Assembly (NCBI GenBank): GCA_965116025.1
Contig: OZ220480.1
Coordinates: 1,440,001-1,504,000, forward strand
Origin: an uncultured candidatus Porisulfidus sp.
GTDB taxonomy: Bacteria; Pseudomonadota; Gammaproteobacteria; Poriferisulfidales; Poriferisulfidaceae
Direction of reading: 5' to 3'
Length of the DNA stretch: 64,000 nt
The notes beneath the pieces are model-generated. The model saw only the letters and a list, made by a program, of their open reading frames with translations. It searched no databases and was not told the DNA's origin. The position numbers and the translations under genes are program-made. Each line of letters starts with the position of its first letter. Within the stretch, counting starts at the first letter, position 1. Shown one piece after another: positions 61,101 through 64,000 of this stretch.

Positions 61101-61698
61101 CGGCGGGAAGATCGAGGTCTCGGGCGTGGGCGTCGGGGCATCGGCGACCTGGCGGGGGGAGGACGGCTGGTACGCGGACGGGGAGCTCTCGTACACGCGT
61201 TTCGAGGATGTCGACTTGAGCTCGGAGACTCGGGGGATGGTGGCGTCCGGTCTGGACGGAGAGGGTCACGCGATCGGCGTGGAGGTCGGCAGGCGCATGG
61301 AGATGGACGGCTTCGCGCTGGTTCCGCGCGGGGGATTGACGTGGACCTGGGTGGATATTGACGGCTTCGCCGACGTGTCGGGCATCACTGGGAGCGGTCG
61401 GGTGTCGTTCCGCTCGGAGGACAGCGCGCGGGCGCGGATCGGGGCGTTATTGGAAAACGGCCAGACGTACGCCTCATTGGACGTGGAGCATGAGTTCTCG
61501 GAGAGCCGGGAGGCGATGGCGTCGGGAGCGCGGTTGCGCTCGGAGGTGGAGTCCACGTGGGCGCGATTGGGCGTTGGGGGCGTGATGGTCTTGGATGAGA
61601 AGGGAGAGTCGACGCTCTCGGGGGACGCGCACTACGCGGCGTCGGATGGCGACAATCACGATTACGGCGCGAGCGTCCTGCTGAAGATTCGCTTCTGA
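58192..61698 (+). CDS. Autotransporter paralog 3 (in frame, putative phase-ON), about 1168 aa
   Basis: MTKNPYSP...SSSSRI-G7-HSLRFLTVLAGF signal peptide, N-terminal Cys pair, passenger, barrel ending LKIRF. Confidence 0.9.
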   Translation: MTKNPYSPIYEIRAALRFASSSSRIGGGGGGGHSLRFLTVLAGFTAVLSISLNPHSAVAGTTGDCGDPSDDAVTCSDASYTNDDGSPIKYENENGGLTLTVKPSGAGTVTITASKLPANAREEFPGIHLDGHGTLKVVLDGSVKVVNGVTRTTVEATYEGKTETFIHPDHKLGSQNDGVYVAYDKDSDRGTTEGMVEVMVGKDAMIGSATAPAGRFGVHAAFVDADGDKRYPAGKIKVTSAGEIYGHYAGIYAKHDGAGDIEIETLQGSVTSMGIQAVSNKANRNNRGGDVTIRHRGRIVVKNPVRYADRITTVATPLSADLADSEIRNKAGIYVRHWDKATGTAASPSSSILVESSGDIVAHPFDDTVNRRAIYIDVEGGANSFVPVTVNVTGGTMTAADENGKGGDGIIVYYLNHIGGLIKVDFAGEIARTGSGGDGIYIYRGTDYDDSSTAHNRDAEVTLKSGARIGMEGDEPTVGRHGVLVQQQIHGAATRVAVESGAMIGTMGTPVGGHGVLVETLDDEDDNDVMVTNEGFIHAKGSGVVAVPLGRSDVVVKHLKGEIIAGDALDIFDSLVESNQVKLADLKSRTAGILVAHGGAEARALPGKELDESDPSTYTAEVGKVEITSKADVTSKGDGILAYVKDLDGPGVATIIPITIDASGGTITADGHGVYAETATVYDDPTEVGDPTTAGRIEVTVGEMATIRAKKDGVHVKGMRTFASDHARKGQYDQTVTINGKVMGGDGDHAGVRMVKGGTLVIGSGGPEARLGAASGVAVHADGALTITMSKTADGRIGWVVGKIQNGDSADTTFAGVEVGKTYLLQDWEETKGIYDTTIERKVTLREYADEDYHEFELVSQEEIVREYHDRARVYEALPSVLLEMSAPGGRQARLSATRDGGGAWARVLASDGEREAETSTTAMDTAGHDLSWDFERWGVETGLVVPTDLPGVTLGVSAHYRDGEADVARGGKIEVSGVGVGASATWRGEDGWYADGELSYTRFEDVDLSSETRGMVASGLDGEGHAIGVEVGRRMEMDGFALVPRGGLTWTWVDIDGFADVSGITGSGRVSFRSEDSARARIGALLENGQTYASLDVEHEFSESREAMASGARLRSEVESTWARLGVGGVMVLDEKGESTLSGDAHYAASDGDNHDYGASVLLKIRF
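58267..58287 (+). repeat. Poly-G tract (21 G), in frame
   Basis: CATA-G21-CATAGCC, counted directly. Confidence 0.95.
60283..61698 (+). repeat. Near-identical 1416-bp autotransporter block (copy 3)
   Basis: Offset +35902 from copy 1 at both ends. Confidence 0.93.
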
Positions 61699-61712
61699 TC
61701 AAGCTTTGATCC

Positions 61713-61737
61713 GGCCCCGACTTTGAGCGTCGGGGCC
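61713..61737 (+). terminator. Hairpin 3' of autotransporter 3
   Basis: Stem GGCCCCGAC/GTCGGGGCC, with a compensatory A-T pair relative to the other two copies. Confidence 0.55.
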
Positions 61738-61852
61738 CGCCGATTATCGTCGCCCAAGACCCTTGGAGCGCCGTTGGCGCGGCGGCGCTTCCCGCGATTC
61801 ACGCTCATTTCCTCTTGAAAATCCATTATTTTAGTTAGCGCGCGCCACGTGA

Positions 61853-63544
<1,692 letters not shown>

Positions 63545-63545
63545 C

Positions 63546-64000
63546 ATGCGCGAATTCTGCGATTTTCGGGCGGGGGCTCGTCAGCCGTTGTTCCTGATCT
63601 CCGGGCCGTGCGTCATCGAGAGCGAGACTTTGGCGATGCGGGTCGCCGAGCGCTTGACCGAGATTACCGCCGGACTCGGCATGCGCTACGTGTTCAAGGC
63701 CTCGTTCGACAAGGCTAACCGCACCAGCGGGGGCAGTTTCCGCGGTCCGGGACTGGAGCGCGGCCTGCGCGTGCTGGAACGGGTCCGCGAGCGATTCGGG
63801 ATCCCGGTGCTCACGGATGTCCATGAGGACACGCCGGTGGACGAGGTGGCGGAGGTGGTGGACGTTCTGCAGACCCCGGCGTTTCTCTGCCGTCAGACCA
63901 GTTATATCGCCCGGGTCGCCGCCGCGGGTCGTCCGGTCAACCTCAAGAAAGGGCAGTTTCTGTCTCCTTGGGAGATGGGGCCTGTGGTGGACAAGGCGCG
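63546..64000 (+). CDS. kdsA: KDO 8-phosphate synthase (partial, runs off the window)
   Basis: Manual translation gives LFLISGPCVIES...FKASFDKANRTS...FRGPG...TDVHE...QTPAFLCRQT...NLKKGQFLSP. Follows pyrG. Confidence 0.96.
   Translation, partial: MREFCDFRAGARQPLFLISGPCVIESETLAMRVAERLTEITAGLGMRYVFKASFDKANRTSGGSFRGPGLERGLRVLERVRERFGIPVLTDVHEDTPVDEVAEVVDVLQTPAFLCRQTSYIARVAAAGRPVNLKKGQFLSPWEMGPVVDKA

Noticed and set aside
22313-61698. Diversity-generating retroelement acting on the autotransporter repeats
   Set aside because: No reverse transcriptase in the window, and differences between copies are mostly synonymous changes of all base types rather than adenine-specific TR/VR mismatches.

Overview
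High-GC proteobacterial chromosome segment, probably gammaproteobacterial judging from gene order. It is mostly core genes: thrS-infC-rpmI-rplT-pheST-ihfA-merR-tRNA-Pro, lepB-rnc-era-recO-pdxJ-cysM, dapE-arsC-dapD, glnD-map, rpsB-tsf-pyrH-frr-uppS-cdsA-dxr-rseP-bamA-skp-lpxD-fabZ-lpxA, an inverted gnnA-gnnB-lpxB block, rnhB-dnaE-accA-tilS and pyrG-kdsA. The left end carries a type I restriction-modification system (hsdR, partial hsdM), an intact IS1595-family element with 34-bp IRs and an 8-bp target duplication, and a TMTC-like TPR membrane protein. The main finding is a family of three paralogous ~3.5-kb autotransporter genes (22313-25796, 31878-35438, 58192-61698) placed at junctions between core operons. 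Each has a 21-22 nt poly-G tract inside the signal-peptide coding region, a divergent and apparently mosaic passenger, an indel-free near-identical 1.4-kb 3' block and a covarying 3' hairpin. As assembled, two copies are in frame (G21) and one is frameshifted (G22). This looks like a dispersed phase and antigenic variation system for surface proteins, although homopolymer length is the most error-prone part of any assembly. A decayed vapBC pair, an AlbA_2/Schlafen-domain gene and a possible IS30 remnant lie next to the second copy. All product calls come from motif recognition and synteny; no searches were run.
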